A stretch of DNA of 64,000 nt from an uncultured Acidobacteriota bacterium (GTDB lineage: Bacteria > Acidobacteriota > Thermoanaerobaculia > Multivoradales > UBA5704), in NCBI GenBank assembly GCA_963700145.1, contig OY969474.1, positions 3,776,001 to 3,840,000 on the forward strand, in the 5' to 3' direction. The stretch's first letter is position 1, and the number at the start of each line of letters is the position of its first letter. Made by a program: the position numbers and the translations under genes. Shown piece by piece: positions 22,086 to 33,272 of the stretch. The notes beneath the pieces were generated by a model, which was not told the DNA's origin, did not search any database, and saw only the letters and a list, made by a program, of their open reading frames with translations.

Positions 22086-22122
22086 CCCCGGCCGGGCGGT
22101 CCCGGCCGGGGTTTCGTGTTTC
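22086..22122 (+). terminator. Rho-independent terminator
   Basis: CCCCGGCCGGG-CGGT-CCCGGCCGGGG followed by TTTCGTGTTT. Confidence 0.8.
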
Positions 22123-22138
22123 TGGGGGTTTTGCTGCG

Positions 22139-22963
22139 CTAGCCGCGAAGCTGCGAGCGGAAGCGCTGGTAGTTCGGGGTGTCGTGGGTGAGCGAGGCCT
22201 TGCGCGGCAGCTTGGCGATCGAGGCGTCGATGTTGCGGATGCGGTCCTCGGTCAGCGGGTGGCTGGAGAAGAACTGCGTCACCGAGTTGGGCCGGCTGCG
22301 GCGCAACGACAGCAGCTCCTTCATGAACGAGGACGCGCCGCGCGGGTCGTAGCCCGCCTGGTACATGTAGGCGACGCCGAGTCGGTCGGACTCGTTCTCC
22401 GCGTCGCGGCTGTAGTTGGTCAGGATGCCGGTGCCCACGAGCTGCGCGAGCAGCTGCTGGGTCTGGCCGGAGTTGCGCCCCAGCAGCAGGCCGGCGATGG
22501 CGTTGTAGCCGTAGGCGCGGGTCATGAGCTGGGTGCCGTGGCGCGAGGCGCCGTGGCCGATCTCATGCGCCAGGACGCTGGCCAGCTCGTCGAGCGTGTC
22601 GGCCTCGCGCACCAGGCCGGCGTTGACGTAGACCAGGCCGCCGGGCAGGTTGAAGGCGTTGACCTGGTCGTTCTGCACCAGGTAGAAGTCCCAGCGCCGG
22701 TTGCCGAGCGCGGTCTGGCCGGCAATCCGCCGGCCGACGGTGTTGAGGTAGTCGCTCGAGCTGACGCGCATCTCCTTGCGGACCTGCGCGTGCAGCTCAT
22801 CGCGCATCGCCCACTCCTCGTCCACCGAGACCAGGTTGAATCCCCCCTGGCGGACGCCGGCGCTGCCGCAGGCGGCCAGGGAGAGGGACGCGGAGACGAC
22901 GAGGAGCGCGAGCGCCGCGGCCCGTGCCTGTCGGAATGTCGTGTGCGGATGGGGTGCGAGCAT
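22139..22963 (-). CDS. M48 family metallopeptidase lipoprotein
   Basis: Lipobox LAAC; VNAFNLPGG, LAHEIGH (HExxH), YSRDAENESD, SSHP. Confidence 0.93.
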   Translation of the reverse strand: MLAPHPHTTFRQARAAALALLVVSASLSLAACGSAGVRQGGFNLVSVDEEWAMRDELHAQVRKEMRVSSSDYLNTVGRRIAGQTALGNRRWDFYLVQNDQVNAFNLPGGLVYVNAGLVREADTLDELASVLAHEIGHGASRHGTQLMTRAYGYNAIAGLLLGRNSGQTQQLLAQLVGTGILTNYSRDAENESDRLGVAYMYQAGYDPRGASSFMKELLSLRRSRPNSVTQFFSSHPLTEDRIRNIDASIAKLPRKASLTHDTPNYQRFRSQLRG

Positions 22964-23068
22964 GGTGTGCCTCCTCTCGAAGCTCCTGCGGCCGCTCGCG
23001 GGTCGGCCTACGGGGTGGGTAAAGGCAAGGGGGATGCCAGGGCACGCCCCGGGGAGCGGAGCCCGGGC

Positions 23069-24961
23069 TCAGCGGCGGGGCGTCCCCTTCAGAGGACGGA
23101 CGATGCGAATGGTCTCCGCGTCCTGCTCCCAGCCGTAGCCGTTGCAGCGCAACGCCTGGGTCAGGAGGTCCGGCCAGGGCGTGTCCTCCACCTCCGCCGA
23201 GAAGCTGCCCGTGACGCCTTCGGCGCCGGCCAGCTCGAGTTGGCCGATCGCGGCGAAGGACCGCAGGAGCTCCGTGAGCCCGGCGTCGCGCAGCTTCAGC
23301 GTGACGCGGTCGTCGAAACAGGAGGGCGCGGTCGATTCCTCGGGCAGCTCCGGCTCGGGCTCCTTCTTCTCCTTCCAGGCGGCGGCCAGGCGCTTCGACG
23401 CTTCGATCTGCGCCGGGCTGAGCAGGCGGGCCTGGTTTGGGCGCCGCGCGACGGCGAAGGACGCGCCGTCGGCCTCGCCGAGGAGGTACCAGAAGTGGGC
23501 CCGCACCGGGTCGCGCGGCACGCCGCGCCCCTCTTCGTAGAGCCGGCCGAGCGCCGCCTGGGCGATGCCTGACCCCTGCTCGGCGGCGCGGCGGTACCAG
23601 CGCGCCGCCTCGGCGTCGTTCCGCTCGACGCCGCGCCCCTCGGCGTAGAGCTCGGCGAGGTCGCGCTGCGCCGAGCTCTCCCCCTGCTCGGCCGCCTTGC
23701 GGTACCACCTCGCCGCCTCCGCCTCGTCGCGGCGCACGCCCTCGCCTTCGGCGTAGAGCTCGGCAAGCGAGAGCTGGGCGTCCCGGTTGCCCTGCTCGGC
23801 GGCGCGGCGATACCAGCGCGCCGCTGCCGCGGCGTCGGCGGGCACTCCGCGCCCGATCTTGTACGAGACGCCGAGGGAGTACTGGGAGAGAGCGTCCCCC
23901 TGCTCGGCGGCGCGCCGCGTCCATTGCACCGCGCGCGCGTGATCGACGGCGACGCCGAAGCCGTGCTCGTAGGACATTGCGACGTGCCGCTGCGCGTCCA
24001 GGAGGCCCTGCTCGGCGGCCAGCCGGTGCCACTTGAAGGCCTCGACCAGGTTGCGCGGCAGGGCGTAGCCGTCCTCGAAGGCCCGCCCGAGGCAGTGGTT
24101 CCAGAGCGCGTCGCCGATCTCGGGGCCGCGCAGGAACCAGGGGCTCGGAGAGGCCGCGGCGTGCCCCGGGGCGCGGCCGGTCTCGTGCAGGTAGGCGAGC
24201 GCCACCTGGGCGGCGGGGTGTCCGCGCCCGGCCGCCTGCGCCAGCCAGCGCGCCGCCTGGGCGTTGTCGCGCGGGCCGCCGTAACCGGTGGCGTGCGCCT
24301 CCCCGACGACGTACGCCGCGTGGACGATGCCGAGCTCGGCGGCGTGCCGCCAGTCGGGCAGCACCTCCTTCGGGTCGTCGGGGAAGACGTCCTCGCCGAG
24401 GGGCTCGAGCACCGGCTCCAGCGTCAGGCCCTGGCGCTCGGCGAGGAGGAGCGCGGCCGCCGCGCTGCCGTGGGCGTCGGCGCCGCGCAGCCAGACGAGC
24501 CCCTGCTCCTCGTCCTGCGGCAGGCCGTGCGCGGCCGAGCCGGCGAGGTAGAGCTTGGCGAGGGCGAGCTCCGCTTCCCTCTGCCCCTGCTCGGCGGCCC
24601 GCCGCAGCCACTCGAGGCTCGCGGCCGGGTCCTTCGCTACGCCCAAGCCGGCCTCGTGCAGCGCGGCGAGTCGGCGCTGCGCCCCGGCGTGCCCCTGCTC
24701 GGCGGCGCGGCGGTACCAGGCGGCGGCGCGGGCGGGGTCCTGCGCCACGCCGTCGCAGGTCTCGAAGCGCCGGGCGAGCTCGACCTGCGCCGCGGCCTCG
24801 CCGGCCGCGGCGGCAGTGCGCAGCTCCGGAAGCGGCCGCGGCGCGGGCGCGCGGGGGTCTTCCGGCGGCGCCTCCGGCGCGGCGGCCTTCTGATTGGCGC
24901 GGCAGCCCGCCGGCGCGAGCGCGGCGATCAGCAGCAGCGGCAGGAGCAGCGCGCGGGTCAT
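23069..24961 (-). CDS. Sel1-repeat lipoprotein with C-terminal secretin N0/STN-like domain
   Basis: MTRALLLPLLLIAALAPAGC lipoprotein signal; many WYRRAAEQG..AQ..L..LY..G.GV repeats; C-terminal VTLKLRDA...VEDTPWPDLL. Confidence 0.88.
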   Translation of the reverse strand: MTRALLLPLLLIAALAPAGCRANQKAAAPEAPPEDPRAPAPRPLPELRTAAAAGEAAAQVELARRFETCDGVAQDPARAAAWYRRAAEQGHAGAQRRLAALHEAGLGVAKDPAASLEWLRRAAEQGQREAELALAKLYLAGSAAHGLPQDEEQGLVWLRGADAHGSAAAALLLAERQGLTLEPVLEPLGEDVFPDDPKEVLPDWRHAAELGIVHAAYVVGEAHATGYGGPRDNAQAARWLAQAAGRGHPAAQVALAYLHETGRAPGHAAASPSPWFLRGPEIGDALWNHCLGRAFEDGYALPRNLVEAFKWHRLAAEQGLLDAQRHVAMSYEHGFGVAVDHARAVQWTRRAAEQGDALSQYSLGVSYKIGRGVPADAAAAARWYRRAAEQGNRDAQLSLAELYAEGEGVRRDEAEAARWYRKAAEQGESSAQRDLAELYAEGRGVERNDAEAARWYRRAAEQGSGIAQAALGRLYEEGRGVPRDPVRAHFWYLLGEADGASFAVARRPNQARLLSPAQIEASKRLAAAWKEKKEPEPELPEESTAPSCFDDRVTLKLRDAGLTELLRSFAAIGQLELAGAEGVTGSFSAEVEDTPWPDLLTQALRCNGYGWEQDAETIRIVRPLKGTPRR

Positions 24962-24984
24962 TGGGAACTGGAGCGGCGGCGATC

Positions 24985-26478
24985 CTAGCGCAGGCGCCAG
25001 ACGGCGACGGTGCGGCCGGGGGCGCCGCCGCGGCCGGCCGGGGCGAGCCAGGGCGCGGGGGGCGCCGGGCCCAAAAGCGTGCGCGGGCGGTCGCGGAGGT
25101 CGATCTCGCCGGCGACTACGTGGCGCGCGCCGGAAGCGGCGAGGAAGCGGCGCAGCTTCGCCAGGTAGAGGGCCGGCTCGGCGGTCTCGCGGCCGAAGGC
25201 GTCGGGCAGCGCGACGTAGGGGCGGCGCACGTAGCGGCCGAGGAACGGCGAGGTGCCGGCGGCCGGCTGCCCGGGCGGGAGAGCGGCGTCGAGGCGCCGC
25301 AGGGTGGCGACCTCGACGTACGGATGATTGGCGACGAAGGCCGGCAGGCGGTAGGCGAAGGTCTTGACCGCGAGGAGGGCGACGAGGACGGCGGCGACGG
25401 CGGGGATCAGGTAGGAGAGGCGCTGACGTCCCCTCTCGACCAGCATGCCCCACGGCGCAAAGCCGAGCGCGTTGCCGATCGGCAGCAGCACGAGAAGCAG
25501 CCTTCCCCACGTGAAAAAGCTGAAGGCGGTCGCGATCAGGAAGAACGCCGCGGAGCCGAGCAGCCACCCCGCGGCGCGCCGGCGGAAGCGCACGGCCAGC
25601 GCGGCACCGACCATCAGGAGCGCCACGTGCGCCCAGGTGCCGAAGAGCTGCGGCAGCCCCTCGACGGCGAAGCGCGCGAGCTCCGCGAGCCCGCCGCGCA
25701 CGACGGCGCCGGGATCGGCGCGCACGACGTCCAGCAAACCCCGGAACGGCACCCGCTCCAGGTACGACCAGTCCGGATAGCCGTAGAGCTTCCAGGCCAG
25801 GTTCTTCCAGTTCTCGTCGTGGAAGGGGTCGCCGAAGGCGGCGGCGCGGAGCGCCCAGTGAGCGGCCAGCGGCGGCAGCGCCGCGGCGGCGGCGACAGCG
25901 AGGTGGGCGAGGCGGCGCCCGGCGCGCGGCGCCAGGAGCCAGGCGGCGGCGAGCGCCGGCAGGAGGAAGAGGGCGTTGCTCCGGGTGAAGGCGGCAAGCC
26001 CCCAGGCGAGCCCGGCAAGTGCCGCGGTGCGCGCTGCCGGCCGCTCGAGGTAGGCGAGGCCGGCGAGGAGGGCCGCCCCGGCGAGCGCCGCGAACGGCAT
26101 GTCGGTCGTCACGTGCTGGCCGATGCGCCAGAGGTTGGGGTTAACGGCGGTGAGCGCGAACGCCCAGAGGCCGGCACCCGGCCCGGCGACCCGGCGGCCG
26201 AAGCCGAAGGCGAGGAGCGCCAGCGCCGCGGCGGCGAGGTTGGCGAGGAGGCGCGCGGCGGTGAAGGGCGCGAGGCCCGTGGCGCGCGCCAGCGCGGCGG
26301 TGGCGAGCGGGTAAAGGAGCGGCCGGTAGGGATCGCGCGGCAGCCGCCCGGCGAGGATCTCCTCGGCCTGCGCCACGTAGCCGTCGCGCTCCGCGGTCCC
26401 CGCCTCCTCGACCCAGTGAACGCGGGCGCCGAAGAGCGCGAGGGCCGCGAAGAGCGCCACGGCCGCCGCTGCTACCAT
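24985..26478 (-). CDS. GT-C fold membrane glycosyltransferase (ArnT/PMT_2-like)
   Basis: TAERDGY after the first TM, YRPLLYP, TTDMPF, AFTRSN; polytopic. Start uncertain (26478 or 26514). Confidence 0.75.
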   Translation of the reverse strand: MVAAAAVALFAALALFGARVHWVEEAGTAERDGYVAQAEEILAGRLPRDPYRPLLYPLATAALARATGLAPFTAARLLANLAAAALALLAFGFGRRVAGPGAGLWAFALTAVNPNLWRIGQHVTTDMPFAALAGAALLAGLAYLERPAARTAALAGLAWGLAAFTRSNALFLLPALAAAWLLAPRAGRRLAHLAVAAAAALPPLAAHWALRAAAFGDPFHDENWKNLAWKLYGYPDWSYLERVPFRGLLDVVRADPGAVVRGGLAELARFAVEGLPQLFGTWAHVALLMVGAALAVRFRRRAAGWLLGSAAFFLIATAFSFFTWGRLLLVLLPIGNALGFAPWGMLVERGRQRLSYLIPAVAAVLVALLAVKTFAYRLPAFVANHPYVEVATLRRLDAALPPGQPAAGTSPFLGRYVRRPYVALPDAFGRETAEPALYLAKLRRFLAASGARHVVAGEIDLRDRPRTLLGPAPPAPWLAPAGRGGAPGRTVAVWRLR

Positions 26479-26485
26479 CGGCGCG

Positions 26486-27871
26486 ATGCGCCGCACGCTC
26501 GCCGCTCTCGCCATCGCCGGTGGCCTGATCGTACTGCGCGGCGGCGCGCTGGCGGGGCCCGCCGTGCCCGTGCCGGTCGATCCCGCCACCTCCGCCGCGG
26601 CGACGGCCGCGCCGGCGGAGGCCGCCGAGGAGTCCCACGGCGGCCCGGTCGTGCCGGTCCTCCTCGGGCTGGTGGTGATCCTCGCCGCCGCCAAGCTCGG
26701 CGGCGAGCTGTTCGAGCGCATCGGCCAGCCGGCGGTCCTCGGCGAGCTGGTCTTCGGCGTCGTCCTCGGCAACCTCGCGCTGCTCGGCATCGACGACTTT
26801 GAGTTCCTCGGCACCAACGGGGGGCTCGAGGTGCTCGCCCAGCTCGGGGTCATCCTGCTGCTCTTCGAGGTGGGACTGGAGTCCGACACCCGCGACATGC
26901 TCGCGGTCGGCTGGTCGAGCCTGCTCGTCGCCTGCCTCGGGGTGGTGGCGCCGTTCTTCCTCGGCTGGGGCGTGGCGGCGTGGCTCCTGCCCGAGGAGCA
27001 CACCCTCGCCCACGTCTTCATCGGCGCCACCCTCTGCGCCACCAGCGTCGGCATCACCGCGCGCGTCCTCACCGACCTCGGCAAGGTGGCGACGCGCGAG
27101 GCGCGCATCGTCCTCGGCGCGGCGGTGATCGACGACGTCCTCGGGCTGGTCATCCTCGCCGTCGTCGCCGGGGTCATCGCCGCGGCCGACACGGGCGGCG
27201 CCCTCGCCTGGCTGGACGTGGCGCTCATCGTGCTCAAGGCGGTCGCCTTCCTCGGCGGCGCCCTCCTCGCCGGCGGCTGGGCGGCGCCGCGCCTCTTCCG
27301 CCTCGCCGGCCGGCTCAAGATCCGCGGCATGCTGCTGACCGTGGCGCTGGTCGTCTGCTTCCTACTCTCCTGGGTCGCCGACCTGATCGGCCTCGCCCCG
27401 ATCGTCGGCGCCTTCGCCGCCGGCCTCATCCTCGACGAGGTCCAGTACCGCGACTTCCGCGAGCGCGGCGAGCACAAGCTCGAGGAGCTGCTGCGGCCGA
27501 TCACCACCTTCCTGGTGCCGGTCTTCTTCGTGCTGATGGGGGTGCGCGTGGACCTCGCGAGCTTCGCGCGCGTCGAGGTGCTGGGCTTCGCCGCGCTCCT
27601 GACCCTCGCCGCCATCGCCGGCAAGATGCTCTGCGCCGCCGGCGTCCTCGAGCGCGGGCTGGACCGGCTGTCGGTGGCGGTCGGGATGGTGCCGCGCGGC
27701 GAGGTGGGGCTGATCTTCGCCGGCTTCGGCGCCCAGCTCGTCCTCGGGGGGGAGCGGGTGATCGTGCCGGCGGTCTACGCGGCGATCGTCATCATGGTGA
27801 TCGTCACGACGCTCATCACCCCGCCGGCCTTGAAGCTCACCCTGGCGCGCGGGGAAAGGAAAGGTCGCTAG
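26486..27871 (+). CDS. Cation:proton antiporter (CPA2/NapA-like)
   Basis: GQPAVLGEL, ATSVGITARVL, AAVIDDVLG, GMVPRGEVGL. Confidence 0.93.
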   Translation: MRRTLAALAIAGGLIVLRGGALAGPAVPVPVDPATSAAATAAPAEAAEESHGGPVVPVLLGLVVILAAAKLGGELFERIGQPAVLGELVFGVVLGNLALLGIDDFEFLGTNGGLEVLAQLGVILLLFEVGLESDTRDMLAVGWSSLLVACLGVVAPFFLGWGVAAWLLPEEHTLAHVFIGATLCATSVGITARVLTDLGKVATREARIVLGAAVIDDVLGLVILAVVAGVIAAADTGGALAWLDVALIVLKAVAFLGGALLAGGWAAPRLFRLAGRLKIRGMLLTVALVVCFLLSWVADLIGLAPIVGAFAAGLILDEVQYRDFRERGEHKLEELLRPITTFLVPVFFVLMGVRVDLASFARVEVLGFAALLTLAAIAGKMLCAAGVLERGLDRLSVAVGMVPRGEVGLIFAGFGAQLVLGGERVIVPAVYAAIVIMVIVTTLITPPALKLTLARGERKGR

Positions 27872-27883
27872 CAGCCAGCCTCT

Positions 27884-29553
<1,670 letters not shown>

Positions 29554-29667
29554 TCAGGATCACAAGGCTTGCGGCGCCGCAGTGATCGGCGCCGCTACCC
29601 GTAGGGTCGCCGGCCGGAGCCGGCGATCGATCTCGATTGCGGGTTGTGGGTGCTAGATTGCCGCGCC

Positions 29668-30306
29668 GTGCCGCTCTTCGCGCGCGACGCGCCGCCGCAG
29701 CCGCCCGTCCGGCTCCACGTCGGCAGCGGCCGCGCGCGGCTCGAAGGGTGGGTCAACATCGACAACCAGGCGCTCCCCGGCGTCGACGTCGTCGCCGACG
29801 TCACCAAGGGGCTCGAGTTCAGCGACGTCGAGGCGGTCTTCGCCGAGCACTTCCTCGAGCACCTGCCGGTCGACGCCGCGCTCGACTTCCTGCTCGAGAC
29901 GCGGCGGGTGCTGGCCGACACGGGCTGGCTCCGCCTCTCGACCCCCAACCTCGACTGGGTCTGGGCGACGCACTACCGCCTGGAGGCCGACGCCGAGACG
30001 AAGCGCTTGGCGGCGCTGCAGCTCAACCGCGCCTTCCACGGCTGGGAGCACAAGTTCCTGTGGAACCGCGAGCTGCTCGGCGAGGCCCTCCTTGCCTGCG
30101 GCTTCCGCGCGCCGCGCTGGTGCCGCTGGGGGGAGAGCGAGCTGCCGGTCTTCCAGGGGATCGAACGGCACGAGACCTACGGCGACACCCCCGAGCTGCC
30201 GCACGTCCTGATCGCCGAGGCGTGCAAGGGCGACCCGCAGCCGGAGCGCCTCGCCTCCCTCCGCGACCTCCTCCAGCGCGAGTTCCTGCTCCACCTCAAG
30301 GGTTAG
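29668..30306 (+). CDS. Class I SAM-dependent methyltransferase (Methyltransf_11-like)
   Basis: RLHVGSG..LEGWVNID, EHFLEHL, RVL..GWLRLSTP. Start set at GTG 29668. Confidence 0.8.
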   Translation: MPLFARDAPPQPPVRLHVGSGRARLEGWVNIDNQALPGVDVVADVTKGLEFSDVEAVFAEHFLEHLPVDAALDFLLETRRVLADTGWLRLSTPNLDWVWATHYRLEADAETKRLAALQLNRAFHGWEHKFLWNRELLGEALLACGFRAPRWCRWGESELPVFQGIERHETYGDTPELPHVLIAEACKGDPQPERLASLRDLLQREFLLHLKG

Positions 30307-30368
30307 CGGCGCTACACTGGCCGCGACCCGGGCCACCCCATCCCTCAAGGCTCGGGAGGGGGGTTCCG

Positions 30369-31361
30369 ATGCCTTTGCGCCGCGCCGTCCTCTCCCTCGC
30401 GCTCGCCGGTCTCGCCGCTCCCACCGCCGCGGCCGAGCCGGTCCATCAGGGCGCCACGTCCGTCCTGGCCGAGCCGGTCGCCACCCCCCAGTGTGGGGGC
30501 GGCGTGGTCTACGACGACGGCGTCTTCAACATCGGGTACACGGTGGGCCCGGGAGACGCCGCGATCGTGATGAAGCTCAATCTGCTGGCCGGCACGACGA
30601 CGCTCGACCAGGCTTGCATCTGCTTTTTCCGCGACGGGTCCGGCCCGTCGTTCATGTACTTCGAGGTCGTCGTCTACGACGACAATGGTGCGGGCGGTCA
30701 GCCGGGCACGCCGCTGGGGACGGTGGCCGCGACGGCGAGCTCCCTCGGCATCAACGACCCGGAGTTCTTCTCGGTGGACCTGACGGGCTCGGGGATCGTG
30801 CTGCCGGACACCAGCGTCTTTGTCGGCGCGCGCTTCCCGGGCTTCGCGGGGATCTTCCTGTGCGGCGACACCTCGCCGGCGACGGCGCAGCGCACCCAGT
30901 TCGGCAGCGGCAACGGCGGAGCGACGTGGAGCAACATGACGGCGCTCAACGTCGGGAACCCCCCGCGCGCCATGGGCATCCGGGCGGACCCCGCGGCGGC
31001 CACCGCCGCCTGCGTGCCGAGCGCGACGGCGATGTGCCTGAACAACGACCGCTTCCGCGTCTCGGCCACCTTCGACACCGGCACCCAGTCCGGGCAGGCG
31101 CACGCGGTCGAGCTGACCGACGACACCGGCTACCTCTGGTTCTTCAGCGCCACTAACGTCGAGGTGGTGATCAAGATCCTCAACGCCTGCGTTCCGGCGG
31201 TCGGCAACCGCTACTGGGTTTTCGCCGGCGGGCTGACGAACGTCAACACGGTGATCACCGTCACCGACACCCAGGCGGGGATCTCGAAGACCTACACCAA
31301 CCCGCCCAACACGAAGTTCCAGCCGATCCAGGACACCGCCGCCTTCGCCACCTGCCCGTGA
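30369..31361 (+). CDS. Secreted protein with the conserved C-terminal domain ending in TCP
   Basis: GGAGG RBS; signal peptide MPLRRAVLSLALAGLAAPTAAA; VVYDDG beta-rich N-domain; C-terminal DTGYLWFF..NVEVVIK domain. Confidence 0.85.
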   Translation: MPLRRAVLSLALAGLAAPTAAAEPVHQGATSVLAEPVATPQCGGGVVYDDGVFNIGYTVGPGDAAIVMKLNLLAGTTTLDQACICFFRDGSGPSFMYFEVVVYDDNGAGGQPGTPLGTVAATASSLGINDPEFFSVDLTGSGIVLPDTSVFVGARFPGFAGIFLCGDTSPATAQRTQFGSGNGGATWSNMTALNVGNPPRAMGIRADPAAATAACVPSATAMCLNNDRFRVSATFDTGTQSGQAHAVELTDDTGYLWFFSATNVEVVIKILNACVPAVGNRYWVFAGGLTNVNTVITVTDTQAGISKTYTNPPNTKFQPIQDTAAFATCP

Positions 31362-31394
31362 GCCGGGGCAGGAGCTAAACGGTGTCGTTTCGGC

Positions 31395-31424
31395 TTGACT
31401 CGGCTTGGGGCGGCGTGGCAAACT
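31395..31424 (+). promoter_or_regulatory. Putative tRNA promoter
   Basis: TTGACT, 18-nt spacer, TG-G-CAAACT upstream of the tRNA. Confidence 0.45.
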
Positions 31425-31458
31425 GCCCCTCCCCGGAGCTTCCGGGGCGCAGCCGTGA

Positions 31459-31535
<77 letters not shown>

Positions 31536-31544
31536 CCGCCTTCC

Positions 31545-31575
31545 AGGGGCCGCCGATCGGCGGCCCTCTTGGTTT
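31545..31575 (+). terminator. Terminator hairpin after the tRNA
   Basis: GGGCCGCCG-AT-CGGCGGCCC followed by TCTTGGTTT. Confidence 0.65.
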
Positions 31576-31720
31576 GGGGAAGAGGGGTCCGCTTCCTCGC
31601 CTTCAGAAGCGACCGCCCGCGCCCTGACCAAGGAGAAGCTGGAGCTCGCGGCGGCCCTGGAGAAGGTGGCGTAACGCCCGCGTTCCACCTGCGATGCCTT
31701 CCGGCGCCCCTCCAATGGCA

Positions 31721-31972
31721 TGCGGCGGCTCGGCATTCGAGTGCGGTCATTCCGCATTCCAAGGCGGCGGCTCCGCATTGCTTTGCGGCGACCCCGCAAT
31801 CCATTGCGCCGGCTCCGTAATACCCTGCGGCGGCTCCGCACTCGATTGCGCCGGCTCCGCAATCCATTGCGGCGGCTCCGCAATGTCCTGCGGCGGCTCC
31901 GCATTCGATTGCGCCGGCTCCGCAACCCATTGCGGCGGCTCCGCACGCGATTGCGCGGCCCGCGCACGCCAG
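31721..31972. repeat. Tandem array of 12 x 21-bp units (15-bp core TGCGGCGGCTCCGCA plus 6 variable nt)
   Basis: Units start every 21 nt from 31721 to 31952 with no indel; the core is self-complementary (TGCGG...CCGCA). Confidence 0.95.
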
Positions 31973-32030
31973 TTTGGCGCGCTCGGAGGTAACAACACCT
32001 TCCAAGGAGACCGGCCGCCAGAGGGGGTAG

Positions 32031-33272
32031 CTAAGAAATCCCTTCCGGAGCTGTGGCTTCGGCCGGTACCGCCGCCGGGCGCGTCGGCTCCTCGCGCACC
32101 TGGCGGGTGAGGACCGAGACGCCGAGCATCAGCGTCGCGGCGATCCAAAAGGGGTAGCGCGGGTCGAGCTGGTAGGCGAGGCCGGCCATGAGCGGGCCGA
32201 CCATCTTTGAGACGCCGCCGAAGGACTGCTGGACGCCGAGCGCCTGGCCAACCTCGCGCCGGGGCACCAGGCGCGAGACGAGCGCGGTGGTCGCGGGGAA
32301 GAGGAGGGCGGTGCCCACGGGCACGAGGACGACGGCGAGGGCGAGCAGCGGCAAAGTCTTCATCAACGGCAGCACGAGCAACCCGGCGATCAGGGCCAGC
32401 GCTCCCAGCCGCAGCGCGCCGACCTCGCCGAAGCGGCGCACCGCCGGCCCGAGGAGGAAGGCGCGCATCACGACGTTGAGGCCGCCGATGTAGACGAAGA
32501 AGTAGCCGATCGTGTTCTCGGTGATCTTGAAGAGGTTGCCGAGGTAGAGCCCGAAGATAGTGTTCATGGCGAAGAAGGCCATCATCCCGACGGCGTAGAC
32601 CCAGACCAGCGAGGAGACCGGCGCGAGCGGGTGGCGGAGCACCTCGAAAATCGAGCGGCGCACCGAGCGGCGGGCGGCCGGCGCCGGGGCGCCGGCCGGC
32701 TCCTCATGCGGCGGAGGCTCGGAGAGCCACAAGAAGCCGGCGGCGATGTTGACGAAGCAGATGGTGGCGGCGACGAAGCCGGGGGCGTGGGGACCGAGGT
32801 TGCGCGACAGCGAGCCGGCGGCGGCGCCGAGCGTGACGCCGATGTTGGTCGCCACGGTCAGCCAGCCGAGCGCCTGCGTGCGGTCGCGCGACGGCACCGA
32901 GTCGGTGACATAGGCCTGGACGACGCCTACGATGCCGCCCCCCACCCCCTGCAGCAGGCGCATGAGGAAGAGCACAGGCAGGGTGTCCGCGAGGCCGAAG
33001 GCGAGATAGGCGAGCGCCGAGGCGGTGAGACCGGCGAGGATCATCGGCCGCCGCCCGTAGCGGTCGGAGAGGCGCCCCCAGAGCGGCGCGGTGGCGAGCT
33101 GGGCAAAGGGGTAGCAGGCGTAGAGGACGCCGTAGAGCGCCGGGCTGGCGCCGAAGCGGGTGGCGTAGAAGGGGAGCAGCGGCACGACGATCATCGTGCC
33201 GAACATGTCGGCGCCGAAGATCGCCATCAGCACCCAGAGGCTACGCAGCGAGGCCCGGTCGGAGGTGGTCAC
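32031..33272 (-). CDS. MFS transporter (TetA/DHA1-like)
   Basis: Motif A WGRLSDRYGRRP; IVVPLLPFYA; GTGA overlap with the upstream permease. Confidence 0.92.
   Translation of the reverse strand: MTTSDRASLRSLWVLMAIFGADMFGTMIVVPLLPFYATRFGASPALYGVLYACYPFAQLATAPLWGRLSDRYGRRPMILAGLTASALAYLAFGLADTLPVLFLMRLLQGVGGGIVGVVQAYVTDSVPSRDRTQALGWLTVATNIGVTLGAAAGSLSRNLGPHAPGFVAATICFVNIAAGFLWLSEPPPHEEPAGAPAPAARRSVRRSIFEVLRHPLAPVSSLVWVYAVGMMAFFAMNTIFGLYLGNLFKITENTIGYFFVYIGGLNVVMRAFLLGPAVRRFGEVGALRLGALALIAGLLVLPLMKTLPLLALAVVLVPVGTALLFPATTALVSRLVPRREVGQALGVQQSFGGVSKMVGPLMAGLAYQLDPRYPFWIAATLMLGVSVLTRQVREEPTRPAAVPAEATAPEGIS

Noticed and set aside
31721-31972. CRISPR array
   Set aside because: The repeat is 15 bp and the linkers only 6 nt, one linker recurs (atccat), and there is no cas gene or leader.
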